A DNA stretch of 62,093 nucleotides, the filler included. It is 6 parts of 6 records of this genome, joined end to end, with 100 filler letters (N's around TTAATTAATTAA, not from the genome) between each part and the next. Parts side by side here need not be neighbours in the genome. Positions count along the whole stretch, not along the records: positions 1 to 31,070 come from SRR31156797_43643; 5 more parts are not named here. One strand, given 5' to 3'. A program made the position numbers and the translations under genes. Of the stretch, positions 1 to 10,054 are shown piece after piece; within the stretch, counting starts at the first letter, position 1; each line of letters begins with the position of its first letter. The notes beneath the pieces were generated by a model, which worked only from the letters and a program-made list of their open reading frames with translations, was not told where the DNA came from and did no database searches.

Positions 1-95
1 AAAGAAATAGACGAAAGAAAAGGCGCTTGCACTAGCTTGGCCGCCAGCACTCCCAAGCCAAGAATCTGATCGATTTCGCCTCCGCTCCTGCCAAA
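1..95. repeat. Partial copy of a structured intergenic repeat at the contig edge; inverted relative to the copy at about 1460-1550
   Basis: ctagcttggccgccagcactcccaagccaagaatct aligns by eye with the reverse complement of ~1475-1520 (ctaacttgttcgcctgcactcccgcgcccaagaatct), and the similarity extends on both sides. Confidence 0.7.
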
Positions 96-125
96 TTATC
101 AACTTCTAAAAAGTAAAAGAAAAAA

Positions 126-332
126 TCACTTGCAATTATAATAAGCGGAAGATGGTAGCGTTGTCATAAAAAGGACTCTGTCCTCAACTTCATTATCACG
201 AGAAATCAATTCAACAACTCCTGGCCCCTTCTCTTCCACAGAAAGAACTTCATAGCTCTCCGAAGAACAATCCCTTCGCACATCCCTACACGAGTCCAGA
301 CACTGGCACATCTCATTGGGATTCTTAAGCAT
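126..332 (-). CDS. Small Cys-rich hypothetical protein (68 aa)
   Basis: ATG at 332 lies 1 nt after the upstream stop and is preceded by AAGGAG; MLKNPNEMCQCLDSC... Confidence 0.55.
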   Translation of the reverse strand: MLKNPNEMCQCLDSCRDVRRDCSSESYEVLSVEEKGPGVVELISRDNEVEDRVLFMTTLPSSAYYNCK

Positions 333-333
333 A

Positions 334-1284
334 TCAATCTCCTTTATGTAATTCACGAGTAAGTATATCAAATTTTTTCAATGGATGGAATAGCCCGTCA
401 GCAATAGCTGCTCCAACTTCGCTATCCCACCGCCCACGAAAAACATTTCTCGACTCACTATCAACGGCCAAAAAGCCAATACACACTTCGTCTTTTATTG
501 GCAAATGCATACTATCTCTCTGTTGTATAGGCCAAACAATCGTACTACGGTATGGCAAAGGCCATCCTTCTTTTGAGCCAACAAACGGGAAATTGCTGTA
601 CCACTTAACATCCGTTTCTTTTATTTCACCATGTTGGAGACTTGTGGACTGATACCCAAGCCTAAGAGTCAAATCATTACAAAGATAATATCCACGACAA
701 TTGGCACCGTTCTTATATAAGTACCTAAAATCAATATTACCCCAAAGAAGGTCTTTGTCTTTTTTTTCTCTCTCTTGATCAGAAGCCTTACATCTTCCTG
801 CTGTGATTGTATCTCGAGCAGTAACAAAAACATATAACTGACCATTTTTTTTATAAATCGATTTAATACATGTTCTACACTTTGTCCCAGTTAGCATCGC
901 GAATATCATTGAGAAATCATCCATAATCAAACGAAGCGTCCAATTAACCTGATTCACAACATCTTCGTAAGCCAACTCGTTACCAACTTGAACATCATCC
1001 ATTTTATGATCAAGATATGTGCTCAAATCTCTACTTTTATGCACACAAGCGTGAAGCAAAGATGAAATATTCGCATATTTTTCTTTACGAGCAGTCATGA
1101 CTTCTCTTAAAATAAAAGCGAAAATAAAAAGAAGTAACAACCCTCCAACAATCGAATGAGTTACTACCTCTGCAGAGTTGTTGGCCAACCCCCAAAAATT
1201 GCAAAATATTGCAATGCCACCCGCGACACTGCTCAACGATGCCACACCTGCCACCACTTTCTTTGTTGATTCCCAAAACGCCAT
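334..1284 (-). CDS. Hypothetical membrane protein: two N-terminal TM helices and a GAF-like C-terminal domain
   Basis: 316-aa ORF with GGAG RBS, two hydrophobic segments and a YRSTIVWPI...CIGFLAVDS GAF-type signature; AT-richer than the rest of the contig. Confidence 0.7.
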   Translation of the reverse strand: MAFWESTKKVVAGVASLSSVAGGIAIFCNFWGLANNSAEVVTHSIVGGLLLLFIFAFILREVMTARKEKYANISSLLHACVHKSRDLSTYLDHKMDDVQVGNELAYEDVVNQVNWTLRLIMDDFSMIFAMLTGTKCRTCIKSIYKKNGQLYVFVTARDTITAGRCKASDQEREKKDKDLLWGNIDFRYLYKNGANCRGYYLCNDLTLRLGYQSTSLQHGEIKETDVKWYSNFPFVGSKEGWPLPYRSTIVWPIQQRDSMHLPIKDEVCIGFLAVDSESRNVFRGRWDSEVGAAIADGLFHPLKKFDILTRELHKGD

Positions 1285-1370
1285 CAGACTCTCCTATATC
1301 AAGACCACATTTAGCTGAAATCAACTATTATTTTATCTATTTTATGTCAATACCTGTTCAAACAATTCAA

Positions 1371-1690
1371 GCCCCCCACCAGCCATCACACCCGCACCTT
1401 AGAAGCTCCCCGAGCGGCGGAGCGGCTCTTCGAAACCCGGAGCCGCTTCGGCGACTGTTTCGGGAGCGCAGCCGGTCGGTGGAGATTCTTGGGCGCGGGA
1501 GTGCAGGCGAACAAGTTAGAAAGGGGCTTTTTTTCGGCCCTTTTTTTGCCCCAACAAAAAAAGGGCCCCCGCCGAGCCCGAAGGGCATCCCGGTTCGCAC
1601 GAAGTGCACCTGCCCGTCTGGGCAGGATGCGGCCTTTGCCGCATAACTGCGGAGGAGGGCAACAAAAAACTCGGAGGAACGACAGTGACG
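1371..1690. repeat. GC-rich multi-hairpin intergenic element (MITE/REP-like or structured RNA)
   Basis: Stems at 1418-1428/1440-1450 and 1536-1548/1555-1567, plus GCCCGAAGGGC, GCACGAAGTGC, CCTGCCC/GGGCAGG and TGCGGC/GCCGCA. Confidence 0.7.
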
Positions 1691-1806
1691 GCTTTTTTCT
1701 TCAAAAAACAAATAAATCAACACAATCTATTAATAAAAATAAATAGAACAGGGTGCGAAATTTGCTTTAAAATTCAAAACAACTGAATTGGAGGGCATAC
1801 TACACC

Positions 1807-2112
1807 ATGAAAAATCCAAGCGCCGAACAGGCAATCCAAATCATCGACGACCTCGTCAACAAAACCCTAAATACACAAAACGCTTTCGAACGAGCGATTG
1901 GAAAACTTCTTGATGAGGCCATGCGCATAAGAGAAAGCGCTGAAGATATCTCCACGCCCCTTTCCAGTCATCAGATAAAACAAATACTGCAAAACGTGGG
2001 CTACATTATTCGAGAACTCGGGATGGTTGAAAAAGGATTCGGAAAAATCCCCACGCAAGCCCCACACCAACAAATGACATATGAAATCGAGACTGAAGCC
2101 ATAAAGCAATAA
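1807..2112 (+). CDS. Hypothetical helical protein (101 aa)
   Basis: GGAGG RBS, ATG start, followed by a terminator. Confidence 0.7.
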   Translation: MKNPSAEQAIQIIDDLVNKTLNTQNAFERAIGKLLDEAMRIRESAEDISTPLSSHQIKQILQNVGYIIRELGMVEKGFGKIPTQAPHQQMTYEIETEAIKQ

Positions 2113-2202
2113 GCGATGATCCCAGCCGCCCGAACAATTCAGATGCAAAATCACGATGTGCCATGAAAATTTATCGAAACGACTTCTTTGCTTAAATCCC
2201 AC

Positions 2203-2237
2203 AAAAAAAGGGCCGCTTTTAAACGGCCCTTTTCTTT
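2203..2237. terminator. Bidirectional intrinsic terminator
   Basis: AAAAGGGCCG-cttttaaa-CGGCCCTTTT between convergent genes, with A/T tracts on both sides. Confidence 0.8.
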
Positions 2238-2279
2238 CATCTCCACCGGGATTTCATACCCCGGTGCCTTTAAACAAAT

Positions 2280-5222
2280 CTACCAATCAATGGGCAATTT
2301 GACTTTCTGTCCCGCCTTATTCGTAAAAAACACATGCCCATGCTCTCGACCAAATAAATACACATCACGAGTCACCGCCACATCCTGCTGGCAATATTCA
2401 GTGATGAGATCAAGCCGCCCTTCCTGCCACCATTTGAGCGCCTGCAACCCATCGGCGGACTTGCCGACATCCAAGGTGGCCGATGCGATATTATCAAGCT
2501 TGAGGCGATAGCCAAGCCGGTTATGCACTTCCATGAGCAAATCAAGATTGGGCAATCCTCTGAAATGAAAAGGATTCAACCCGCCAAGCACGGCATAATC
2601 AAACTTCACATGGTTAAAACCGATAACAAGATCAAATTGTTGCAGATGTTCGACCAACTCGGGCATCTCATCCTGCTCATAATCATGCATGGCATCATCA
2701 TCCGAGTCATACACGCAGGCAATGGACACCCCCATACGGTCGGCACGTCCCCACCCCCCCACTTCGTCGGCGGAATAGCGAGTCTCAATGTCAATCACAC
2801 CATACCGCTTGGGCGCGGGCTTCTTCATGTCGATTCCGGGTAGAAGATTCACGTCTATCTCCTTTGGTTCGATTGATTTCGGATCGCCGGAGCGAATTGC
2901 TTCCAGCACAAACTGTGCGGCCCGTTTATCAATGGGTCGGTTGCCTGACCCACACTTGGGCGAATGCACGCAAGACGGACACCCCAGGTCGCACGGACAG
3001 TCAACAATGGTTTTAAGCGTTGTCTCGATCAACTCATCGGCACGCTCGAAAGCCTGTCGGGTCAGACCGGCTCCACCGGGCATGCCATCATAAATAAAAA
3101 CCGCCGGACCTTCCACCTGCGGATGCATGGGCGTGGAGATACCACCAAGATCATTGCGGTCGGTCATAACCAGCAACGGCAACATGCCGATAGCCGCATG
3201 TTCAAAGGCATGAATACCCCCCATGAAATGCAGGAACTCCTCCTCGCACCGACGACGGATGTCATGGCCCACCTCAAACCAAATGGCCTCGGTCTCGAAC
3301 ACTAACGGGGGTAAATCAAGCGGCATGATACCGAGCAGCTTTCCGCCACGTACGGAACGCTTTTCATAGCCAGTGATCTGCTCCGTAACCTTGACCCGCC
3401 CGAAGTAGACACGAGTTCCGAAACTCGCCTTCTGTCCAAGGACTTCCAGAATCTCGGTATCCTTACTCCCGCGAGGCTTGGTGTAGTAGCCCACTCGCTC
3501 CTTGCGAGCATGGACAGCACCCGCCCCCACATTGAGATCAGAAATGACATAGGTCTGGCCGCGATGCAGATAAACGGCACCGGGATGTGTTTCCCGAAAA
3601 GCCCGATGAGCGTCAATGGTTCCGATAACAGGCGCTTTTTCCCGAACCGACGAATTGTCCTCAATATGGAGTTGTTGACCTGCTCCACGCAAATCAACGT
3701 CCCGATGTGGCCGCTTGCGGCTGGAAACAACTTCTGCCGGATGACCTGACGTGTCAGGCTGCACCTCGTACAATTGACCAAAACCGATCAGCTCTTCCAC
3801 GCGCTTGCTGACAGGCTCCTCACGGAGAAAATCCTCGCCACGCCGCAAGGTCAATTCAGCGGCAGCGCAGATAAGATGCCGGTCCATAATCACCGGATTG
3901 TGCGGATTGAGCATGGCTGACTCTGGAGGTCGACTAAAAAAATCGTCCGGGTTGCGCATGAAGTATTGATCGAGAGCGTCTTCCTGCGCGATAAGCGCCA
4001 CCACGGAATCCTGCTGGCTCCGGCCCACGCGCCCACCGCGCTGCAACGTCGCCATGATTGAGCCGGGATAGCCGACCATAATACAGACATCCAGCCCACC
4101 GATGTCGATGCCGAGCTCAAGGGCCGAGGTGGAAATGACAGCCAGCAAATCGCCATCCGCCATTTTCGTTTCGATTTCGCGCCGCTCTTCAGGTAAAAAA
4201 CCGGCCCGGTATGCAGAAATTTTCTCTTTAAACTGCCCACTACGTTCTGTGGCCCACATGGAAATCAACTCGGTCATCTTGCGCGACTGGCAATAGACTA
4301 TGGTCCGCAAATCACGGGCCAATGCGGCCTGCAACAACTGAATGGCGGCCTGTGACGGGCTGCCGTCAGGATTAAGAAATACCATATGCCGCCCGCCACG
4401 CGCAGCCCCGGACTCAAGGATGGGATGCACTTCAAGATCCGTGAGCATATGACAAAGTTCAGCCGGATTGCCGATTGTCGCCGAACAAAACACAAAAGTC
4501 GGAGTGGCGCCATAATACCGGCAAAGCCGAAGTAATCGGCGGAAAACCATGGCCATATGCCCGCCCATGACACCTCGATAAGTGTGAACCTCATCCACCA
4601 CGATATGCGTCAAACCTGACAAGAATTCGGCCCAACTCGCGTGATACGGCAACATGGACAGATGGACCATTTCCGGGTTGGACATAATGACATTGGGCGG
4701 TGAATTACGGATCTTCTTACGAAAATGAGGCGTGGTGTCGCCGTCATAAATGGCGGCCGTAGGCCGATTATCCTCGGGCAACAAAGCAGCCAGTTCGTTG
4801 AATCCCTTGAGCTGGTCCTGCGCCAACGCCTTGAGCGGGAAAAGATACAGAGCCTTAGCTTCAGGGTCCGCCATGCACCGTTCCATGACCGGCAAGTTAT
4901 AGGTCAACGTCTTGCCGCTGGCTGTCGGCGTGGCAACCACAATATGGCGCCCGGCCCGAACATAATCAACGGCCTCGGCCTGATGCGCGTACAACTCATC
5001 CACACCGAGCAGGGAAAGCGCATTTTGCAAAGCCGCAGGCCACGGACGGCGCGGTTCACCCAAACGAGCCTCTGCACCATCCAGCATACGATGATGAGCT
5101 ATCTGATGGGCCATGCGCTCGGAATCGAGCATAGCCGCGACATATTCTGTGACAGGAGTTTCCACAGGTCGGATGGTAGTACGTGCAGCATCCCGAAGCA
5201 AGCCGTGAAATATACTTGCCAA
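2280..5222 (-). CDS. DEAD/DEAH helicase of the Hrq1/MrfA type with DUF1998 Zn site, fused to a C-terminal RNase H-like (MrfB/YprB-type) exonuclease; start uncertain, may be about 5168
   Basis: PTASGKT, DEVH, SAT, QRGGRVGR, CPCDLGCPSC; C-terminal DIET...FNHVKFD...YCQQDV. Confidence 0.9.
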   Translation of the reverse strand: MASIFHGLLRDAARTTIRPVETPVTEYVAAMLDSERMAHQIAHHRMLDGAEARLGEPRRPWPAALQNALSLLGVDELYAHQAEAVDYVRAGRHIVVATPTASGKTLTYNLPVMERCMADPEAKALYLFPLKALAQDQLKGFNELAALLPEDNRPTAAIYDGDTTPHFRKKIRNSPPNVIMSNPEMVHLSMLPYHASWAEFLSGLTHIVVDEVHTYRGVMGGHMAMVFRRLLRLCRYYGATPTFVFCSATIGNPAELCHMLTDLEVHPILESGAARGGRHMVFLNPDGSPSQAAIQLLQAALARDLRTIVYCQSRKMTELISMWATERSGQFKEKISAYRAGFLPEERREIETKMADGDLLAVISTSALELGIDIGGLDVCIMVGYPGSIMATLQRGGRVGRSQQDSVVALIAQEDALDQYFMRNPDDFFSRPPESAMLNPHNPVIMDRHLICAAAELTLRRGEDFLREEPVSKRVEELIGFGQLYEVQPDTSGHPAEVVSSRKRPHRDVDLRGAGQQLHIEDNSSVREKAPVIGTIDAHRAFRETHPGAVYLHRGQTYVISDLNVGAGAVHARKERVGYYTKPRGSKDTEILEVLGQKASFGTRVYFGRVKVTEQITGYEKRSVRGGKLLGIMPLDLPPLVFETEAIWFEVGHDIRRRCEEEFLHFMGGIHAFEHAAIGMLPLLVMTDRNDLGGISTPMHPQVEGPAVFIYDGMPGGAGLTRQAFERADELIETTLKTIVDCPCDLGCPSCVHSPKCGSGNRPIDKRAAQFVLEAIRSGDPKSIEPKEIDVNLLPGIDMKKPAPKRYGVIDIETRYSADEVGGWGRADRMGVSIACVYDSDDDAMHDYEQDEMPELVEHLQQFDLVIGFNHVKFDYAVLGGLNPFHFRGLPNLDLLMEVHNRLGYRLKLDNIASATLDVGKSADGLQALKWWQEGRLDLITEYCQQDVAVTRDVYLFGREHGHVFFTNKAGQKVKLPIDW

Positions 5223-5281
5223 GGACGTATTGTGGACGCATATTGTATGAAGGAACTAGAGTTTTACATACGGAGCAGCCT

Positions 5282-5887
5282 ATGACCCAACAGCTTGAAA
5301 AAAACGATGTTCTGACGACCCTCATCAGTCTGGCCCAAGCCGCTGAAGCCCGAAACACCCTGACCAAAGGCCATTCCGAACGTGTAGCGCAAGTGGCCCA
5401 CGGCATTGGGCTGGAGCTTGATCTTCCGACCAAAAAACTTGAACGACTCCTGCTCATGGGCAGGCTACATAACATAGGCACGGCAGGGGTTCGCGATACT
5501 GTTCTGCTCAAGACAGATAAACTCACCGACGCAGAATACGCCCACGTCAAAAACCATACGGTTCTGGGAGCACAAATGCTCGCCCCCATCAAGGAGCTTG
5601 AGGATGTCGCTGAAGTCTGTCTGACCCACCACGAACGCTGGGACGGTTCAGGCTACCCGCACGGCCTCCGAGGTGAAGAAATTCCGTTTGCGGCCCGGCT
5701 CATCAGTACGGCCGATGTTTATGTCGCCATCATCTCCGAACGGCCTCACCGTGATTCCATGCCGGAACCTGTCGCAGCCGACATCCTCAATGAGGGGAAA
5801 GGGACATTGCTATGTCCCCTCTGCGTAGATGCATTCCAAAAATGGTTTGATAAAACCGGAGGTCGGATAGAAACCCAGAATGAATAA
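5282..5887 (+). CDS. Stand-alone HD-GYP domain protein with a degenerate active site
   Basis: HHERWDGSGYP present but HDxGK reads HNIGT; GGAG RBS before ATG 5282. Confidence 0.85.
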   Translation: MTQQLEKNDVLTTLISLAQAAEARNTLTKGHSERVAQVAHGIGLELDLPTKKLERLLLMGRLHNIGTAGVRDTVLLKTDKLTDAEYAHVKNHTVLGAQMLAPIKELEDVAEVCLTHHERWDGSGYPHGLRGEEIPFAARLISTADVYVAIISERPHRDSMPEPVAADILNEGKGTLLCPLCVDAFQKWFDKTGGRIETQNE

Positions 5888-5981
5888 AAGGAATATATGC
5901 TGCCACGTTTATAATTGAATGCACCCACAAGTCGTGGGTATACAATAAACGGCAACGCTATTCCCACTCTGAACCGGAAAG

Positions 5982-7379
5982 GTGGCTATGACTGAATCCC
6001 TCAAGATTCTTATTGCCGATGACTCTACATCAGCGCTTTACGCGCTGAAAAAAAACCTTGCTCCCACTGATGCCATCCTCACCACGGCTATGGATGGCTT
6101 TGAAGCTCGGGAAATAATGGAAAAGCATTCTTTTGATTTGGTCATAACCGATGTCGATATGCCCAGACTCGATGGTTTGGAATTCTGCAAATGGATCAAA
6201 GAAAATCCAAAAACGAATACCACCCCAGTCATCATCCTCAGTTCCCGAGAATCAGATCAAGACATCGACAACGGATTCAGAGTCGGTGCCGACGGCTACG
6301 TCCCTAAAAGCTCCGCCGCAAAAGAACTTATCCCGCGCATCGAACAAATTCTGGATAGAACGGCCATGACTCAAGACAGAGTCCTGCTCGTCGTTGATGA
6401 TTCAGAATCGATCCGAACATTCCTTCAAAACGGCCTCTCCATCGCGGGATTCAAGGTCCTTCTCGCCAATGACGGGAATGAAGCCATGACCATACTCGAC
6501 GAGGTCACTCCAGATCTGATTCTGTCTGACCTGATGATGCCCAATATGGATGGGCACCAGCTATGCAGACAAATCAAAAATCGCGAAGATCTCAAGGCCA
6601 TACCAATGGTCATTATGTCGTCCATGCGAGACAAGGCGGTTATGCATCGCATGATTCATGACGGAGCTGCTTCCTACATTACCAAACCATTCGGCATGAA
6701 CAATCTTATCCAGATTATCGAAAAGATACTCTCCGAACAGTTCCGTATTATGCTGGTGGAAAGGGACAGGCTCAGGGCTGAACGACGGATGACCTTGGGA
6801 TCAATAGCCAGCCTGGTCAAGGCTCTGGAAGCTCGCGACCACTACACAAGCGGTCATTCAGAATCAGTGACACACATTGCCATGCAAATAGCCAAACGGC
6901 TGGACTTCAGTGACGACCAAATGACAAGGCTCCACATAGCAGGCAACCTTCACGACTTGGGCAAAATAGGAATCAGGGACAACGTACTCCTCAAACCCGA
7001 CAAACTGTCCACTGAGGAATTCGAACACATCAAGAGTCACACCACAGTGGTGGTCGACATTCTTGATCCGCTGCCCGGAATGGAAGATGTTCTCGTTGCC
7101 GCATCATCCCATCATGAAAGATGGGACGGGACAGGATACCCTCACGGTCTCAAGGGGAAAAACATTCCTCTGCTCGGAAGAATCCTCGCCGTCGCTGACG
7201 TTTTCGACGCCATGACCAGTGATCGCGTCTACCGCAAAGGAATGCCAAAAGAAAAGATTCGAGACATCATTTTTGAAGGACGAGACAAACAATTTTGCCC
7301 AGAATGTGTCGATGCCTTTATGGATTGGTATGAACAATCCGATGGCATAGTCAGCCCCTCAAACGACTGGGACAGCTAA
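5982..7379 (+). CDS. Response regulator with two REC domains and an HD-GYP c-di-GMP phosphodiesterase domain
   Basis: Two receiver domains (ITDVDMP, LSDLMMP); HDLGK and HHERWDGTGYP. Confidence 0.9.
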   Translation: MAMTESLKILIADDSTSALYALKKNLAPTDAILTTAMDGFEAREIMEKHSFDLVITDVDMPRLDGLEFCKWIKENPKTNTTPVIILSSRESDQDIDNGFRVGADGYVPKSSAAKELIPRIEQILDRTAMTQDRVLLVVDDSESIRTFLQNGLSIAGFKVLLANDGNEAMTILDEVTPDLILSDLMMPNMDGHQLCRQIKNREDLKAIPMVIMSSMRDKAVMHRMIHDGAASYITKPFGMNNLIQIIEKILSEQFRIMLVERDRLRAERRMTLGSIASLVKALEARDHYTSGHSESVTHIAMQIAKRLDFSDDQMTRLHIAGNLHDLGKIGIRDNVLLKPDKLSTEEFEHIKSHTTVVVDILDPLPGMEDVLVAASSHHERWDGTGYPHGLKGKNIPLLGRILAVADVFDAMTSDRVYRKGMPKEKIRDIIFEGRDKQFCPECVDAFMDWYEQSDGIVSPSNDWDS

Positions 7380-7391
7380 ACAGCCACAAAA

Positions 7392-8552
7392 CTACATCTC
7401 AACAAATCGACTGAAATCATCCGTGAGGGCGGACTTCAATGCTTTGAGGTCCGCCTCGTTCATGCGAGCGAAGGCGAAGGCGAACACTGGGTAGGCTAAA
7501 TAGTCAATCTTTCTCAATTCCAATAAATTACTGAACAATGAGCAAAATCCATCATAATCGATAGACTCAATTTTCTCTCGTTCAGTCCCCGGCATGAGAT
7601 CGCCGATAACCATGACTGTTGCCACGTCCTCCTGCCCTTCCAAAATGGCATCCCAATCCGGGCGCAAATTTTCGAAGTAACACTCATACGGATTGAATCC
7701 CCAAGCGTGATGGGTGATATCGGCCACGCACCATCCTGCGAATCGAAGCGGATTCGCCTCAATGGGAACAATCTCGCCATCCGTGGTCACACGCACTTCG
7801 ATATGCGTAGCGAATTTATTGAATTCACAGGCTCTTCCGACCTCGGATACATACTCCGAAAATGGCAGCAACCACGTTTTCATGATGTTGGTCGAGGTGT
7901 AATAAAGACGATCCGAGATATCATCTTCGGAGATGAAATGATGGTGCATGATATTGGTAATCACGGCCTCGCCATTGTCATCATAATAGACATCAATGGC
8001 ATATTCTTCACCATCAATGCCCTGCTCCACAATAAATTCGCCCGAATTGACCACTTCTTCCGGATATTCGGCATTCATGGCCTCGCGCTCATCGTGAATG
8101 GCAGCCACCACTTCGGGCCACTGACTGTGATCATCTACAACATGCACACCCAGACTGAAAAAACCACGGGCAGGCTTGACCACAAACGGACACGGCATGG
8201 ACGAGACATCCAATCCGGCAAGATCATCAAACGCCACACGCATAAAGCGATAGTCAGGGTGCATGTCGGCCACGGTCTCGCGGAACAATGCCTTGTCTTT
8301 ACAAATATCTATCTGACGCGCCAAATTTGGTTGGCACCCGCAACGGATGACATGCTCAAGAGCATTTTCCGAGTTGGCCAAAACCTTTTCACCAGCCCCA
8401 AGACGGGCAGAGAAATCGACGGTATCGATAAAATCAAGCCCCGCATCACCAGCGAGAGCACGAGCTTCAGGGGTGTCCAAAACCGACTGACCGAGCTCCT
8501 TGACTGTTTTTTTCAGGAACTCGGAAACATAGGGAGCATCGAGAAGAAACAT
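7392..8552 (-). CDS. ATP-grasp domain protein
   Basis: DKALFR, PFVVKPARGFFSLGV, FIVEQGIDGEEYAID, IEANPLRFAG. Confidence 0.85.
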   Translation of the reverse strand: MFLLDAPYVSEFLKKTVKELGQSVLDTPEARALAGDAGLDFIDTVDFSARLGAGEKVLANSENALEHVIRCGCQPNLARQIDICKDKALFRETVADMHPDYRFMRVAFDDLAGLDVSSMPCPFVVKPARGFFSLGVHVVDDHSQWPEVVAAIHDEREAMNAEYPEEVVNSGEFIVEQGIDGEEYAIDVYYDDNGEAVITNIMHHHFISEDDISDRLYYTSTNIMKTWLLPFSEYVSEVGRACEFNKFATHIEVRVTTDGEIVPIEANPLRFAGWCVADITHHAWGFNPYECYFENLRPDWDAILEGQEDVATVMVIGDLMPGTEREKIESIDYDGFCSLFSNLLELRKIDYLAYPVFAFAFARMNEADLKALKSALTDDFSRFVEM

Positions 8553-9932
8553 TTATTTCGCTTTGCCGGACAGGCTGTATTTCTTGAGTTTATATTGAAG
8601 ATTCGACTTGGACAAACCAAGCATCTCAGCTGCCTTGACCTGCACGAACTCGGTTTTGACCAAAGCGCGCTTCACCAGTGCACCCTCAATTTTGTCCATG
8701 GTGTCAGCCAAGTTCAACTTGGTAGGCAGCAAATCGACAGCAGACTTGAACTGTGCATCCTCATCCTTGATCTCGGGCGGCAAATCATCTGCATGAATAA
8801 CATCAGTCCGTGACAAGACTGTGCATCTCTCCACCACATTCTCAAGCTGACGAACGTTACCAGGCCATTCGTAGGCGGTCAGATAATCCATGGCACCGGA
8901 AGAAAAACCACTGATCTCAACCTCATTTTCCTTGGTATATTTTTCCAGAAAATGTGCAGCCAACAGCGGAATGTCCTCACGCCGTTCGCGCAAGGGGGGC
9001 ATAAATACGGAAACCACATTAAGTCGATAAAACAGATCCTCGCGAAATTCGCCCTTGGCAACAGCCTCCTGCAAATTCTTATTGGTGGCGGCCACGATGC
9101 GAATATCCACGTCAAAGGTCTCGGCACCACCGACGCGCTCGATCTGATGTTCCTGCAAAACGCGCAACAGCTTAACCTGCAATTCCGGGGTCAGTTCACC
9201 GATTTCGTCGAGAAAAAGTGTCCCTTTGTTGGCTTGCTCAAAACGACCTTTGCGCATGGCCGTAGCACCGGTAAAGGATCCTTTTTCATGGCCGAAAAGT
9301 TCGGATTCCAGCACGCCGGGGTTCAGTGCCATGCAGTTGACCGTGACAAACGGAGCTTCCCGGCGCGGAGATGAAGTATGAATTGAACGGGCGATAAGTT
9401 CTTTACCTGTACCGGATTCACCGAGAATGAGTACCGTGGATTTAGAAGGCGCAGCCCGGTCCACCATATCCATGACCTGCTGCATGCCCTTGCCACGCGC
9501 AATAATATTGTCCTTGGAATAGCGGTCACGGATTTCCCGTTTCAACCGAATGTTCTCCTGCTGTGTGGCCGCAAACTGCTCGGCCTTGGAAATGGAAAGC
9601 AACAGTTCTTCGTTGGCAAAGGGTTTGGTGATATAATCGAATGCACCAATTCGCATGGCTTCCACCGCGGCTTCGATCGACCCGAAAGCGGTCATGATCA
9701 GCACCGGAATATGCGGATAGTTCTTTTTACAATGTTCCAGCACATCCTGTCCTGTCAGGCCGGGCATTTTCATGTCGGTCAGGACAATGTCTACCTCGGA
9801 GTCTTCAAGGTAGGCCAACCCCATTTCCGGGTCTGACAAAGTGGTCACGTTGAACCCTTCGTCCTCCAGAATAGTCTCAAGGATGAGCAGATAGTTTTTT
9901 TCGTCGTCTAAAACCAGTATATTCGCAGCCAT
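8553..9932 (-). CDS. Sigma-54-dependent response regulator (NtrC/AtoC family)
   Basis: REC domain, GESGTGKE, GSFTGA, WPGNVRQL, C-terminal Fis-type HTH. Confidence 0.95.
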   Translation of the reverse strand: MAANILVLDDEKNYLLILETILEDEGFNVTTLSDPEMGLAYLEDSEVDIVLTDMKMPGLTGQDVLEHCKKNYPHIPVLIMTAFGSIEAAVEAMRIGAFDYITKPFANEELLLSISKAEQFAATQQENIRLKREIRDRYSKDNIIARGKGMQQVMDMVDRAAPSKSTVLILGESGTGKELIARSIHTSSPRREAPFVTVNCMALNPGVLESELFGHEKGSFTGATAMRKGRFEQANKGTLFLDEIGELTPELQVKLLRVLQEHQIERVGGAETFDVDIRIVAATNKNLQEAVAKGEFREDLFYRLNVVSVFMPPLRERREDIPLLAAHFLEKYTKENEVEISGFSSGAMDYLTAYEWPGNVRQLENVVERCTVLSRTDVIHADDLPPEIKDEDAQFKSAVDLLPTKLNLADTMDKIEGALVKRALVKTEFVQVKAAEMLGLSKSNLQYKLKKYSLSGKAK

Positions 9933-10054
9933 CAGTACTCCGCTCGATCAGTTTCGTTGATATCGCCGGATACAATACAACAAGACGGTCCGAAACCCAA
10001 GCAGGGATATTCTCCATGCTGGATTGTCCCGAGCGTGCATGATAGACATTCCTC

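Noticed and set aside
1209-1786. Several overlapping ORFs on both strands
   Set aside because: They span the GC-rich hairpin element and have no protein-like signal
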